Virus record (IMG/VR): IMGVR_UViG_3300042295_000443
Location: 25,162-89,161 of that record
DNA length: 64,000 nt
Reading direction: 5' to 3' (one strand)
DNA from: a virus
Positions 27,115 through 38,960 of this stretch are shown here, piece by piece. Position 1 is the first letter of the stretch. Every line of letters starts with the position of its first letter. Made by a program: the position numbers and the translations under genes. The notes under the pieces were generated by a model, which saw nothing but the letters and a program-made list of their open reading frames with translations, was not told where the DNA came from and ran no database searches.

Positions 27115-27876
27115 ATGATTATGAAAAATGAATTAAAAGATGCTTTAGCATTACTTAGAAAAATTAAATTTAGTAAAGATTATAGAAAGTTTGCTTTCTT
27201 AGAAATTAATAGAATAACTGATACTGAACACATCCAGAAGATGATTGCAAGTATCAGAAATATGGGTGTAATAAGACCTGTAATTTGTGTTAGAGTAACA
27301 TTTGTTGATGGTAAATCTCAATTATATGTTATTGATGGTCAACATTTATTTAAAAGTCTTATGTCTGAGGCTTTAGAAATACCTTATGTAGTAATTGATG
27401 TAGAAGATAAAATTGATATGGTTCAAAAAATGGCTATGTTAAACAATTCTTCTAAGTCTTGGACATTGCTTAATTATGTTAATGCATTTAAAATGCACCT
27501 TAAAGATTACTATGAATTAGATGATTTAAGAGTTATGTATAATATTGAACCATTAATGTTGGCTACAATATGTACTAATGGTGATCAATCTTCAATTTCA
27601 GGTTCAAGATTGATAAAGTCTGGTGATTTTAAAATTACTAATCCAAATGCTCAAGAAATGGCTAAAGCTTTTAATGATTTCTTTTTAAAGATTGGTAGAG
27701 CTGACAGATGGGTTAAACATCATTTCTTACAAGTATTTTTAAGAGCTTGGGGTACATATGATCATGAACAGTCTTTAGAAAATCTTAATAAACATATCAA
27801 CATTATTAAAGCCATGAGTGATACAGGAGCTGCAGAAGCTTTTATTAGCAAAAATATATTTAATTTAACAAAATGA
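27115..27876 (+). CDS. ParB/Srx-like domain protein
   Basis: INR, YVIDGQH, LNNSSKSW. Confidence 0.7.
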   Translation: MIMKNELKDALALLRKIKFSKDYRKFAFLEINRITDTEHIQKMIASIRNMGVIRPVICVRVTFVDGKSQLYVIDGQHLFKSLMSEALEIPYVVIDVEDKIDMVQKMAMLNNSSKSWTLLNYVNAFKMHLKDYYELDDLRVMYNIEPLMLATICTNGDQSSISGSRLIKSGDFKITNPNAQEMAKAFNDFFLKIGRADRWVKHHFLQVFLRAWGTYDHEQSLENLNKHINIIKAMSDTGAAEAFISKNIFNLTK

Positions 27877-28964
27877 ACAGAGAAGAAATACAAGCAGAAG
27901 CATTAAAAGCTACTGAAGGTAATCAAAAATGTTCTGTAGTATTAGGCACAGGGGTCGGTAAGACCCTTGTTGGCCTAAAACATATGGAACTTAATACTAC
28001 ACCTCTTATGAGGACATTAGTAGTTGCACCTAAAAAATCTATCTTCCAATCTTGGAAAGATGATGCAGAAACTTTTAACATGCAAGAACAATTAAGCAGG
28101 ATTACATTTACAACTTATTTAAGTTTAAATAAACATAACCCTGCTGACTTTGATGCTGTGTATTTAGATGAAGCTCATAGTTTATTAGATAGTCATAGAG
28201 GATTTTTGCAACTGTACAAAGGAAAGATACTTGGTCTTACTGGTACTCCACCAAAATATAAAGATTCTGAAAAAGGTAAACTAGTACAGGAGTTTTGTCC
28301 TGTAGTATATACTTTTAAAGCAGATGATGCTATAGAGAATGGAATACTTAATGATTACCAGATCATAGTACATGAATTAGAACTTAATACTGCAAAGAAT
28401 TATGCTGTAGATATGAAAACTAAAAGTTTTATTACCTCTGAACAATTAAATTATAATTATTGGAGTAATAGAATTGATATAGGTTCCGGTCCTGCACATA
28501 TTCTTAGAGTAATGAGAATGAAAGCCATGATGGAATATGCTAGCAAAGAAAAATATACTAAAATACTAATGAACAGTATTAATACTAAGTGTATTGTATT
28601 TGCTAATACTCAAGATCAAGCTGATAGATTGTGTACTCACAGTTATCACAGTAATAATCCTAAATCTGAAGAAAATCTGGAAATGTTTAAAGAAGGTACT
28701 ATTGATAAACTTTCTACTGTTATGCAGTTAAATGAAGGTGTTAATATATTTAATCTTAAACAAGGTATTATTATGCATGCATATGGTAATGAAAGAAAAG
28801 CTAGTCAGAGAATTGGAAGATTACTTAGGTTAAATCCAGATGATAAAGCTGTTGTACATATACTATGTTACATGGGGACAGTTGATGAGAAATGGTGTAA
28901 AGAAGCATTGGAAGGGTTTGACCAAAGCAAAATACTTTGGAAAAATTATAATATTAGCTTATAA
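27873..28964 (+). CDS. Superfamily 2 helicase
   Basis: GTGVGKT, DEAH, LTGT, QRIGRLLR. Confidence 0.92.
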   Translation: MNREEIQAEALKATEGNQKCSVVLGTGVGKTLVGLKHMELNTTPLMRTLVVAPKKSIFQSWKDDAETFNMQEQLSRITFTTYLSLNKHNPADFDAVYLDEAHSLLDSHRGFLQLYKGKILGLTGTPPKYKDSEKGKLVQEFCPVVYTFKADDAIENGILNDYQIIVHELELNTAKNYAVDMKTKSFITSEQLNYNYWSNRIDIGSGPAHILRVMRMKAMMEYASKEKYTKILMNSINTKCIVFANTQDQADRLCTHSYHSNNPKSEENLEMFKEGTIDKLSTVMQLNEGVNIFNLKQGIIMHAYGNERKASQRIGRLLRLNPDDKAVVHILCYMGTVDEKWCKEALEGFDQSKILWKNYNISL

Positions 28965-28980
28965 TTGATTATATTATATT

Positions 28981-29235
28981 ATGGAAATACCAGGACAATA
29001 TAAAGTAACTATGTATAATGATGATGTGCATGATTTCCCGTACATCATGGCTTGCTTAATGAGGTTTTGTACTTATGAACCTATACAAGCAGAACAATGT
29101 GCATTAATTGCACATACCACTGGTCAATGCAATATTAAAAGTGGAAATTGGGATGATATGTTTGAATTAACACAAACTTTAATATCTTTGGACATTAAAG
29201 CAATGATAGAATCTTATGAAGGCAGTGTGCATTGA
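28981..29235 (+). CDS. clpS: ClpS-like N-degron adaptor
   Basis: YKVTMYNDDVHDF..I...AEQCALIAHTTG. Confidence 0.8.
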   Translation: MEIPGQYKVTMYNDDVHDFPYIMACLMRFCTYEPIQAEQCALIAHTTGQCNIKSGNWDDMFELTQTLISLDIKAMIESYEGSVH

Positions 29236-32200
29236 TAGTTCAGATAAACCTTCTAAAATCCCTCAAAATGAGTGGATTACAGAAGGAGAAACATATACCA
29301 TTACTAGAATAGTTAGAATGGGTCTTGAAAAAAATAAATATGGAGTTCTTCTTAAAGAAGTACAACTCTCATCCCAATCCTTTCCTTATGAATTATATGA
29401 TGCTGCAAGATTTTTACCTTTAGATCTTTTAGCTAATATGAAAGAAGAAGAAGAAGTCACAGTTAGAGAAGCTGACTTAGAATTAATTTAAAAATTACTT
29501 CTTTTTATCATTTATTTAAAAATATACAATGTATACATCAAAAGATATTGAGGATGAATTAGTAAGTATATTACAACCTCACAGAAAAAGAAATTATTTA
29601 GATAAAAGAAATTATCTAATTGGTATATTATCACATAAGTATAACATGACCGAAGACCATATTGCATCTATTACTAATATAGATAGATGTACAGTACATG
29701 CTGCTAAAGATCAAGCATTACATTTAATTAAAATAAATAATGAAGGCTTTATAAGTGCAGCAGCAGATTATATAGAAAAGTTTCCATATACATTTACTGA
29801 GAAAACTAAAAGTGATAGACACAAAAGACTACATACAGTTGTAGTAACTTTAAGTGATCAGACATATAAAAAGCTCAGAAAATATACAACTGTAAAAGAA
29901 ATAGGTACTATTAATGTAGCTGGGAGAAATGTAATTGAAAAATATTTAAAGTTATGGGAAGAATGAAAGAGTTATATATAGAAATGTTGGAAAAAGATTT
30001 AGAAAATTTAAACCTTTCCCAATATATACAACTTAAAGAGTTAGAAAAACAATATGCAGAAGAACAGTTCTTAAAAGAACTAAAAGAAAAAGGTGATTCA
30101 GAAGAATAGGCCTAAGTATAAACCAAATAAAAATTAAAAATTATGAAAACTTTATTAATGACAATAGGATTAGCACTAAGCTATACAGCAAGTGCACAAT
30201 GGGTAAGCAAAACAATTAATAATGGCTTTGATGCTCCATATAAGATTGCATATACTGATGTTGCTAAAAATCAATGGTTAAAGCTTGAGAATTATAATAA
30301 TGAAATATCTTTCTATATTGGTGGTGTGTATATATGTGATGATAATGTTAGTGTAGATATGTCTTTTTTAATTAACGGGACTTATGAAAAATACAATCTA
30401 TTAGATTGCTATACTTCTGAAGATAATACAACAGTATTTTTTATAGATAACTTAGCAGCACATGAAATACTAACTAGCTTTAAAAGTGCTTCATCAATAA
30501 AAATAAGAATCAATGATACTACATGTGATTCAGAAATATATGAATTTAAAATGTCTGGAAGTACAGCTGCATATAATTATGTAGTTGCTCCTTGAAACAC
30601 TTTGTAAAATATCTATTGGTATGGGTAAGCCAAAACTTATCCATACCTTTTTGGATGGTTGGTCATATACATTTATCAATGAATGTATATGCTGATATCC
30701 ATGAGATATTAATGTCCTTTGGTATGAACATCATTGTAGCAATAGGATTTATTATAGATTATAAAGAACAAAGAAAAAATAAAATGTGACTAATATATTA
30801 GCTATTTATACCTTTTTGTCACAATTCTAGCTAATATATGTGACATTTTGATAAAGGATAAGTGGTAAAAGTTACCACATTAATTAAATAGAAATGATAT
30901 GAAAATAATAACTAAATCAGTAATTAAACTGTCTGATATTCCAGAGCATTTACAACAAAATGAAGTTCTACAAGGACACAAGGAGCATACATATGCAGAA
31001 TTTCATATTGATGGCTCAGAACAAGATGATTTAACCTTATGGCTATTGAGTAAGTACCCTACTTTAAAAAGGAAGATAAGTTTTTTAATTCATATTACTT
31101 AAATAAAAATGATAAAATTGAGTGCAAATTAAGTAAAATGAGCGCAAAGTATGGAAATTAAGTATTAATCACCACAATTAACTAAAAATAACATGAGTAT
31201 AATAGGAAGTAGTTGGAAAGAAGAATATCCATCAGATGATGAGATAATAAAATACAATGAAATTACAGGAGAAAATTTTTATGGCTCTAAAGATGAACTA
31301 CAAAAAAGAATAGAAAAAATAAGTGATTCTAATTTTACTTCACAAAAAGAGCGTAAAGACTTATTTAAGTTAAGTGAAGACTTAAATCAAAACAAAAATG
31401 AAAAATAATTAAATCAGAATAACATGAAAGAAACAGCAGTAGAATGGCTTGAAAAAATACGTCAAGGTCAGAAAGGACAACCATTTGATGATTATGAGTG
31501 GGAAATAGCATTTAATCATGCCAAAGAAATGGAGAAAGAGCAAATGGAAGAAATTAGAGAAATGCTTGTACAAGGTGCGTTAACTAATATGAGTTGTGCT
31601 TCTGCTGTTGTGGAATTTGATAGATTAACTAAACAACAAGAACAATGAGACAGATAGTATACAACTCAGTAAAATGCCTTGAGTGTAATAAGGTATTAGT
31701 AAGTAGACATAGGCATGACTATGTAACATGTGGTTGCCCAAATAATGCTATGGCAGATGGTGGTAATGAGTATGAAAGGTATGGTGCAGTAGATATGGAT
31801 AAGATTGAAACTTACTATGTATATGCAGATGATGACTATGAGTTAGTCCGGAAATATGCAGTAAGAGGAGGTAGAGGTAAAGGTGGAAGAGATCCATTAA
31901 CATGGATACCTATAGCTGATATGGATGATGACTACCTACTAGCAGTACTTGACTATGGTGGTGCAGATTGGCACCTTGACATTATTAGAAAAGAAATTAA
32001 ATATAGACAAGATGGGAAAAATAATACTGGAGTTTAACTCTGAAGAAGAAGGTAATGATGCTAGAATAGCATTAGATGGATACAAATGGAAACTAGCTAT
32101 GTGGGATCTTGACCAAAAGTTAAGGAGTGTTGCAAAGTATGGTGTTATTGATAATAAAGAAGCTACACCTGAAGAAAGTGAAATGGCTGATAAGGTTCGG

Positions 32201-33080
32201 GAATTTATTAGAGAAATTCTAAATGAATACAACTTAAACTTAGAAGAATGACAAAAGAAATGAAAGTTCTTGTAAAAGAAATTGTAGAAGAGCATTATAA
32301 TATTACTGAAGGAGCAGATGGTAACTTAAACTATCTCTGGTATATGTATCATAAAGGTACAAAAGAAGGAGACTGGAAACCATTTATATATATGGCTGAG
32401 CTACAGTTAGTTAAAAGATTTGATTATATTAATGATTCTGAAATTCAAAATTTAGTTAGTATGATGGAATCTGAAGATGAAGACAACATGAATATAGTAA
32501 CTCTAGCTATCACAAGTCTTAGAAATTTAAGAGTAAAAGAACATGGTATATATAATAAAGCTAAAAAAGAATATTCAAAACTAGCTGAAATATATCCTAC
32601 TGAAATATTAAATCATGATGTATTTACACAAACTATGAAAGCTAGATGATATGAGTAAAATTCAAAAAACTTTTATTACTAGTGTAATGGAACTTGAAAT
32701 GGAAAAATATATTAAACTATTTCCAGAAAGTGACTTTCCTAGATTACTAGCTCAGTATATTCAAAAAAGATTTAAATGTACAAAGCATATTGCAAAAGAA
32801 ACAACCAAAACTTTAATTAATGACAGAACAAGACTTAATTGACCTTGGTTTTAATAAAATCACAGTCACAGATGAAGAAAGCAACAATGGATATGATTAT
32901 TATTATTATTCTTTAGATTTAATGAAGGGATTAGCATTAGACTCTAATGACAGTGATCATACCACTACTCATGGTTGGGAAGTTCGTAATTATGAATGGC
33001 CAACAGTAAAAAGTATAAATAAAGAAAGTATTATTCTGTTGAAGCAGATGGCTCAAGATCTTCAGGATCAAAATCCTTAA
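29216..33080 (+). CDS. Run of small hypothetical ORFs (29216-29491, 29529-29966, 29954-30109, 30143-30595 secreted, 30592-30789 TM, 30899-31102, 31193-31408, 31424-31648, 31645-32037 Zn-binding, ~32012-32251, 32248-32649, 32651-32842, 32820-33080)
   Basis: Co-oriented, mostly abutting ORFs; 31645 has CxxC..RHDYVTCxC...DGG. Confidence 0.6.
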
Positions 33081-33336
33081 CAGATAAGATTTTAGCTTTT
33101 TCTGCTAAAATAGTAAACATAATCATTGATGCAGCTGATTTCCAGCATTCATCAATAGCTGTAGATAATATATCATATGGAACAGATGTGGTTAATACCT
33201 CACCTGTTCTCATATGAATTTTAGATCCTGCATCAGGATTCATTCTATTTATAAATGATGTTCTAGTAATGTGAGTAACATTAAGTTGCTCATAATATGA
33301 ACCATCTTTATCTTTAAATTCTACTGGTAGAAACAT
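33031..33336 (-). CDS. Hypothetical protein, antisense island
   Basis: Coupled to the phosphoesterase by TAATG overlap. Confidence 0.6.
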   Translation of the reverse strand: MFLPVEFKDKDGSYYEQLNVTHITRTSFINRMNPDAGSKIHMRTGEVLTTSVPYDILSTAIDECWKSAASMIMFTILAEKAKILSVKDFDPEDLEPSASTE

Positions 33337-34382
33337 TATAGTATGGTATTACCTTCTATTTTGTAATTATGTACTGAAACTTTATCTTTAATTCTTTTCA
33401 TTATAGCAAATCCATGGTTCCATTCATTGATTTCCATGTATTCAGGAGCAAGGTCACACATACATCCTAAACTATATGCTTTGATTGTAGTTGGTTCACC
33501 TACTCCATAAACTCTCTGTGAGCTTTCACTAGACTTATGGAAGTGATTTACTATAGAATTGGACTTAAGTCTCATTAGAAGTGTTCTAGCAGGTACTACA
33601 CCACCAGCACCAGGTATTTTATCTCCGTGCTCTATAGTGTAGTCACCAAATACTACTTTACTTCTAAAAGGAATGAACTCTATTTTGTATGCAGCTACTT
33701 GAAGAATAACATCTAGTCTGAACTCATCCATGTCTAATAGCTCTGATGCCTTAATTCTAAGGTATCTTTCAAATCTATTCTCATGGTTTCCTGTAATGTA
33801 ATAGATGGGAATATCAGGGAACCTATCTCTAATGTAAGCCAGGAATTCTTTTCCTGCCTCTATCTCATCTTTAAAATGTATTACTCTTGGATCTTTCTCA
33901 TGGAATGATAGCTGATAGAAGTCTAATAAGTCTCCATTAATAAATATAGAGTCTACATTTTCTTCTTCAAACTTAGTAAACATAGTTTCTAAGGCTGTAT
34001 TATCATGAAATGGTATATGGACATCTCCAAACACACCTAATCTCATACATCCTGAAGGAAAAGTAAACTGATTACGTGTTTTTGTATGTGATTCTGGTAA
34101 AGTAAGCGTAACATGCATAACTTTGGTTTTTAGTTCTTTTATGAATTTATTATTTACACCAATCTTTAATTTGTCTCTTAATTTTTTACCTAATTGTCCT
34201 CTGTAATATCTTACTCTAGAATATGCCCCATCATAAGAATCAAAGAATGCAGTATTTTCTGCATAAATCTTTCTAGCTAAGGTTTTAGATGGAGCATTTG
34301 GGAACTTTTCTAAGTACTCAAACACAATTTCTGTGTTCTTTTTGGGAATACTTCTTTTATTTATGGCTTTTGTCATATACAT
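33336..34382 (-). CDS. Calcineurin-like metallophosphoesterase
   Basis: GDVH, NGDLLD, GNHE, HGD, HFH motifs. Confidence 0.88.
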   Translation of the reverse strand: MYMTKAINKRSIPKKNTEIVFEYLEKFPNAPSKTLARKIYAENTAFFDSYDGAYSRVRYYRGQLGKKLRDKLKIGVNNKFIKELKTKVMHVTLTLPESHTKTRNQFTFPSGCMRLGVFGDVHIPFHDNTALETMFTKFEEENVDSIFINGDLLDFYQLSFHEKDPRVIHFKDEIEAGKEFLAYIRDRFPDIPIYYITGNHENRFERYLRIKASELLDMDEFRLDVILQVAAYKIEFIPFRSKVVFGDYTIEHGDKIPGAGGVVPARTLLMRLKSNSIVNHFHKSSESSQRVYGVGEPTTIKAYSLGCMCDLAPEYMEINEWNHGFAIMKRIKDKVSVHNYKIEGNTIL

Positions 34383-34403
34383 TAATATACAAAAATAATC
34401 AAT

Positions 34404-34778
34404 ATGTTTACAGTAAAATTAGTTAAACAGGGTGGAAAGTTAGTTTATCCTAATGATAAATCAAAATTAAATTATAAATTGTTTCTAGATAAACTTCCAG
34501 AAGGTCAGGAAGTAGAGATGTTTATAGGGCTTACTTCTAGTGATAAAAGTGTAGCACAACTAGCAAAAATACATGCCTGTATTAGAGAATTGGCTCTTGA
34601 ATCAGGATATACTTTTGATGAAATGAAAGTATTAGTTAAACAAAAATCTGGTTTAGCTTATGATGGTGGTGGAGCAATATTTTTTAAATCTTTTGCAGAT
34701 TGTAGTAAAGATGAACTATTACTAGCTATTCAAGCTTGTATAGCAATAGGAGAATTATATAATATTAATCTTGGGTAG
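34404..34778 (+). CDS. NinB-like hypothetical protein
   Basis: QLAKIHACIRELA..SGYTFDEMK...KSFADCSKDEL. Confidence 0.5.
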   Translation: MFTVKLVKQGGKLVYPNDKSKLNYKLFLDKLPEGQEVEMFIGLTSSDKSVAQLAKIHACIRELALESGYTFDEMKVLVKQKSGLAYDGGGAIFFKSFADCSKDELLLAIQACIAIGELYNINLG

Positions 34779-35076
34779 AAGGTGTATAACCTTCATCTCC
34801 TTCTTGTAATATTACTTTATCAGTATAAGAATTAGTTTCTTTTGCTTGTTTTTCAATTTCTGCAAGCAATAATGTTAAAGTATAAAAAGATCTTTGCCAT
34901 TCATTAAGATCTTCATATTTTTTTTCAGTAACTTCTTTTAATAAAAGTTCTTTATCACCTTCTGGAATATGATTAAATAAATAAAAAGCAGTTGCTTTAA
35001 CCATAAAATAGTATGATTTATTTACTTTTATTTCTAAAAGTGCATCATCCTTCATTTCTGTAACTGTAAGAGCCAT
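34765..35076 (-). CDS. Hypothetical protein, antisense island
   Basis: TATATTTG promoter motif at 35093-35100 on minus strand. Confidence 0.6.
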   Translation of the reverse strand: MALTVTEMKDDALLEIKVNKSYYFMVKATAFYLFNHIPEGDKELLLKEVTEKKYEDLNEWQRSFYTLTLLLAEIEKQAKETNSYTDKVILQEGDEGYTPSTQD

Positions 35077-35099
35077 AACATTTAAATTTTAACAAATAT

Positions 35100-35813
35100 A
35101 TGAAAGAAAAATTAAACATAGAAGAAATTAAACAAAAAATGTTTGATAAACTTGAACCATCAGGTTGGGGACAAAAACTTAAACCATTTATATTTAGTGG
35201 AGACTTTGATAAAGTACTTAATCAATTGTATGAATTATCTAGTCAAGATAAAAATTTTACTCCACCTTTAAAACAGGTATTTAGAGCATTTGAAGAATGC
35301 CCCTTAGATAAATTAAACATAGTAATAATAGGACAAGATCCTTATCCTCAATTAGGAGTAGCTGATGGAATATCATTTAGCTGTAGTAATACTAATGCTT
35401 TACAACCTAGTTTAAGATATGTTTTAGGAGAAGTAAATAGAACTGTTTATGGAGATAATCTTGTTTCCACTGATGTAGATCTAAAAAGATGGTCAAACCA
35501 AGGTATTTTAATGCTTAATACATCTCTAACAGTTGAAGTAGGTAAAATTGGTAGTCATTATGATATTTGGAAAGATTTTACAGCATATTTACTTGATTAT
35601 TTAACACATAATAAAGAAAATATTGTGTATATTTACATGGGTAAAAAAGCTCAGGAATGGGCAGATCTTACCGGAGATAATAATCACAAACTTTTTGTAA
35701 GTCATCCTGCTAGTGCAGCTTATACAAAACAAAAACATTGGGACTCTAATAATGTATTTTTAAAAACACAATTATTAGTAAAGCAATATCACAATATTGA
35801 TATAATTTGGTAA
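35100..35813 (+). CDS. ung: Uracil-DNA glycosylase family 1
   Basis: GQDPY, LMLN, HP motifs. Confidence 0.93.
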   Translation: MKEKLNIEEIKQKMFDKLEPSGWGQKLKPFIFSGDFDKVLNQLYELSSQDKNFTPPLKQVFRAFEECPLDKLNIVIIGQDPYPQLGVADGISFSCSNTNALQPSLRYVLGEVNRTVYGDNLVSTDVDLKRWSNQGILMLNTSLTVEVGKIGSHYDIWKDFTAYLLDYLTHNKENIVYIYMGKKAQEWADLTGDNNHKLFVSHPASAAYTKQKHWDSNNVFLKTQLLVKQYHNIDIIW

Positions 35814-36403
35814 ACATGGAAGAAATATTTAATAAACTTATAGAAAAAGAATTAACACCTAATAGTTTCTATGTTTTATATTCTATATATAATAATGTAA
35901 AACCAAATAAATATGTTAATAGTAGTTTAGAAGTAACAAAATTAAAACAAGAAGGTTGGTTGGAAGAAAATTTGCAATTAACAAGTAAAAGTATTATATT
36001 TACAGTTGAAATAGATGGTTATTTTAAAAAAGCCAAAAAGAAAACAACTAAAGATTTACTGGGTGACAACTTTACTAACAACATAAAAACTTATGTTGAG
36101 ATATTTCCTAATAGAAAATTATCTAGTGGAAAATATGCAAGAGTAAATCCTAAAAACCTAGAAAATTCTTTTAGATGGTTCTTTGAAAACTATGAATATG
36201 ATTGGGATATGATTTTTAAAGCAACAAAAAAATATATATATGATTACAGCTTAAAGAACTATGAATACATGAGAACTTCTCAGTATTTCATAAGGAAACA
36301 AAATATTGATAAAACATGTGATTCTGAGCTAGCTGATTACTGTAATATGATTGATAATGTATTAGATGATGAAGTAGTATTTATTAAAGAGAGAAGGTTA
36401 TGA
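35807..36403 (+). CDS. Hypothetical protein upstream of helicase (possible initiator/loader)
   Basis: wHTH-like N-terminus; position. Confidence 0.45.
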   Translation: MVNMEEIFNKLIEKELTPNSFYVLYSIYNNVKPNKYVNSSLEVTKLKQEGWLEENLQLTSKSIIFTVEIDGYFKKAKKKTTKDLLGDNFTNNIKTYVEIFPNRKLSSGKYARVNPKNLENSFRWFFENYEYDWDMIFKATKKYIYDYSLKNYEYMRTSQYFIRKQNIDKTCDSELADYCNMIDNVLDDEVVFIKERRL

Positions 36404-36588
36404 ATTGGAAGTCAAGGGGGGTTTTACTACTCATTGCAGTTTTTAGTAGTTTGTTTGCATATGTGGTTATCCACAAATTTATATTCCCAATATCAGTTTG
36501 GGAATACTTAGTAATTGAAGGTATGATCACCATACTTCATTTCCTATATAATATTTCAAAAGAAAAAACAATAGACATTTTTAATTAA
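36400..36588 (+). CDS. Small TM protein
   Basis: Two hydrophobic segments. Confidence 0.5.
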   Translation: MNWKSRGVLLLIAVFSSLFAYVVIHKFIFPISVWEYLVIEGMITILHFLYNISKEKTIDIFN

Positions 36589-36593
36589 TTGTT

Positions 36594-37610
36594 ATGGAAA
36601 ATCTGTATAATGGAGCTAGGGCATATAAGCCTGTTAGTGAAAGAGACTCTTTAAGAAAAGCTATTCTAAAAATCAAAGCTAGAAGACAAGGAGATTTAAA
36701 ATCCTTAAAAACTTCTTGGACTAGATTTAATGATGCTTTTTGTGATGGTCTTGAATGGAAAACTATTACTGTAGTTGGAGCTAGACCAGGAGTTGGTAAA
36801 ACTTTATTTATGGAGCAATTGGTTAATGATGTTATAACAGAAAACACAGACCAAACCTTCAGAGTATTAAAGTTTCAATTTGAAATGGTTGATGAAACCA
36901 ATGGTATTAGAAAACTATCTATGAATACAGGATCTGATTACAATACTTTAATGAGTAAAGGAAAATTAGTTGACAAAACTATTTTTCAAAAATGTGTAGA
37001 AGTATATGAAAAAACAGAACATACAGATGTGATTGATGTAATATATGATCCTTGTACTGTAGATGAAATGTGTGCAACTATACATGCTTATATGGAACAA
37101 CATAAAGTTCAAAAAGGTATTGACCAAAATGATAATCCAACATATGATTACCTAAATACTTTAATTACTATAGATCACTCATCTTTATTTAGAGTTGCAA
37201 AACAAGAAAAAGATAAGTTTGAAATGCTTTATGCATTAGGAGAAGCTCTTACAAAGATGAAAAAGAAATATCCTATAGCTTTTATAGTTCTTAGTCAGCT
37301 CAATAGAAATATTGATCATCCTGACAGAGCTAAAGATGGCCAGTATGGTAATTATGTTTTAGATTCTGATTTATTTGGTGCTGATGCTTTACTTCAACAT
37401 GCAGATGTTGTAATAGGTATTAACAAACCATTTTCAAGAAAAATAAGATTTTATGGTCCTGAAAGATATATAGTAAATGATGAAGAGCTTTTAGCTTTTC
37501 ACTTTCTTAAATCTAGAAATGGCTTAACAGGTTTATTCTTTTGTAAGCTTGATAGATCTACCATAAGAATAGTGGAGATAGATTTTCCACCACAAAGCAT
37601 AAACAATTAA
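36594..37610 (+). CDS. dnaB: DnaB-like replicative helicase (ATPase domain)
   Basis: GARPGVGKT, FEM, LSQLNR, QHADVV, KSRNG. Confidence 0.9.
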   Translation: MENLYNGARAYKPVSERDSLRKAILKIKARRQGDLKSLKTSWTRFNDAFCDGLEWKTITVVGARPGVGKTLFMEQLVNDVITENTDQTFRVLKFQFEMVDETNGIRKLSMNTGSDYNTLMSKGKLVDKTIFQKCVEVYEKTEHTDVIDVIYDPCTVDEMCATIHAYMEQHKVQKGIDQNDNPTYDYLNTLITIDHSSLFRVAKQEKDKFEMLYALGEALTKMKKKYPIAFIVLSQLNRNIDHPDRAKDGQYGNYVLDSDLFGADALLQHADVVIGINKPFSRKIRFYGPERYIVNDEELLAFHFLKSRNGLTGLFFCKLDRSTIRIVEIDFPPQSINN

Positions 37611-37619
37611 TATAAATAT

Positions 37620-38213
37620 ATGAACAGAAAAGAAAAAGAAAATGAATTTTATGCTTTCCATATGGAAAGGTTTAAACAACTAAAACTAGCAGATCCAGCA
37701 TTTGTTATTAAAACAGCTTTCTTTCAAAAAGGAAAATTTGGTAAACAAGTACAACTTTTTGAAGGAGAATTAAATAAAGGTGTAGACATCTTTATTGAAA
37801 TGATTGATATTGTAAGAGATAATGATAATAAGGAAATAGATATGGTTCCTGCTAATGCAGATAGACAATTATTTAAATATACTTATAATCCTTATTTTGC
37901 AGAAGAATATGAAACTAAAGAAGGATTAGGTAAATCAGGAACAGGTTATGTTGCTTATATTATTCCAGCATCAGAATTAGTTGCAATTTTAAAAGATGGT
38001 TCTCAAATTACTTATAATTTATGGGAAAAGAGAAAACTTGATGCAGAAATTACTGCAGAATTAGCACCTAAAGAACAAAATACCTTATCTATATTTCCTG
38101 ATTTTGAAGATGTATTCTTAAAGAAAGAAACTGAATTAACTTCAGAAACAGCTTCAGACATTCTTTTAAGAATAGCTGCAGATTTTCAAAAACTAGCACA
38201 AATACTTAAATAA
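37620..38213 (+). CDS. Hypothetical protein
   Basis: ORF track. Confidence 0.6.
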   Translation: MNRKEKENEFYAFHMERFKQLKLADPAFVIKTAFFQKGKFGKQVQLFEGELNKGVDIFIEMIDIVRDNDNKEIDMVPANADRQLFKYTYNPYFAEEYETKEGLGKSGTGYVAYIIPASELVAILKDGSQITYNLWEKRKLDAEITAELAPKEQNTLSIFPDFEDVFLKKETELTSETASDILLRIAADFQKLAQILK

Positions 38214-38214
38214 G

Positions 38215-38937
38215 ATGGCTATAGTACTTCCAACAAAAAAGATCAAGGCTGATAGAGTTAATCCTAAAAGATTAATTATTTATTCAAAACCTAAAACTGG
38301 TAAAACTTCAGCATTTGCAGGACTAGAAAATAATCTTATTTTAGATTTAGAAAATGGTGCTGATTATGTAGATGCTTTAAAAGTAAAAATTAGTTCTTTA
38401 CAAGAATTATTAGATGCAGGTAAAGCTATCAAAGAAGCAGGTAAACCTTATACTTATGTTACTATAGATACAGTAACTGCATTAGAAGATATGGTTATGC
38501 CTTTGGCTATTAAGCTATACAAACAAACATCTATGGGTAAAAACTATGATGGAGATAATGTATTGTCTTTACCAAATGGTGCTGGATATTTATATTTAAG
38601 GCAAGCTTTCTTTCAAGTTTTAGATTTTATTGATACTTTAGCACCCCATATTATTTTATCAGGTCATATTAAGGACAAACAGGTAGATGATAAGGGTGAA
38701 ATGGTAATGGCTGCTAATATAGATTTAACAGGCAAAATAAAGTCTTTGATTTGTGCAAATGCTGATGCAATAGGTTATATGTTTAGAAAAGGTAATCAAA
38801 CTATTCTAAGTTTTAAGACTATTGGAGAAGTGACTTGTGGAGCAAGACCTGAACACTTAAGAAATGAAGAGATAGTAATTTCTGAAATGAATGATAAAGG
38901 TGAATTAATAATTCATTGGGATAAAGTATATAAATAA
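38215..38937 (+). CDS. AAA_24/Sak4-like ATPase
   Basis: YSKPKTGKT, LDLENG, VTIDTVT. Confidence 0.8.
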   Translation: MAIVLPTKKIKADRVNPKRLIIYSKPKTGKTSAFAGLENNLILDLENGADYVDALKVKISSLQELLDAGKAIKEAGKPYTYVTIDTVTALEDMVMPLAIKLYKQTSMGKNYDGDNVLSLPNGAGYLYLRQAFFQVLDFIDTLAPHIILSGHIKDKQVDDKGEMVMAANIDLTGKIKSLICANADAIGYMFRKGNQTILSFKTIGEVTCGARPEHLRNEEIVISEMNDKGELIIHWDKVYK

Positions 38938-38960
38938 TAATAATTAAAAACAAAAACAAA

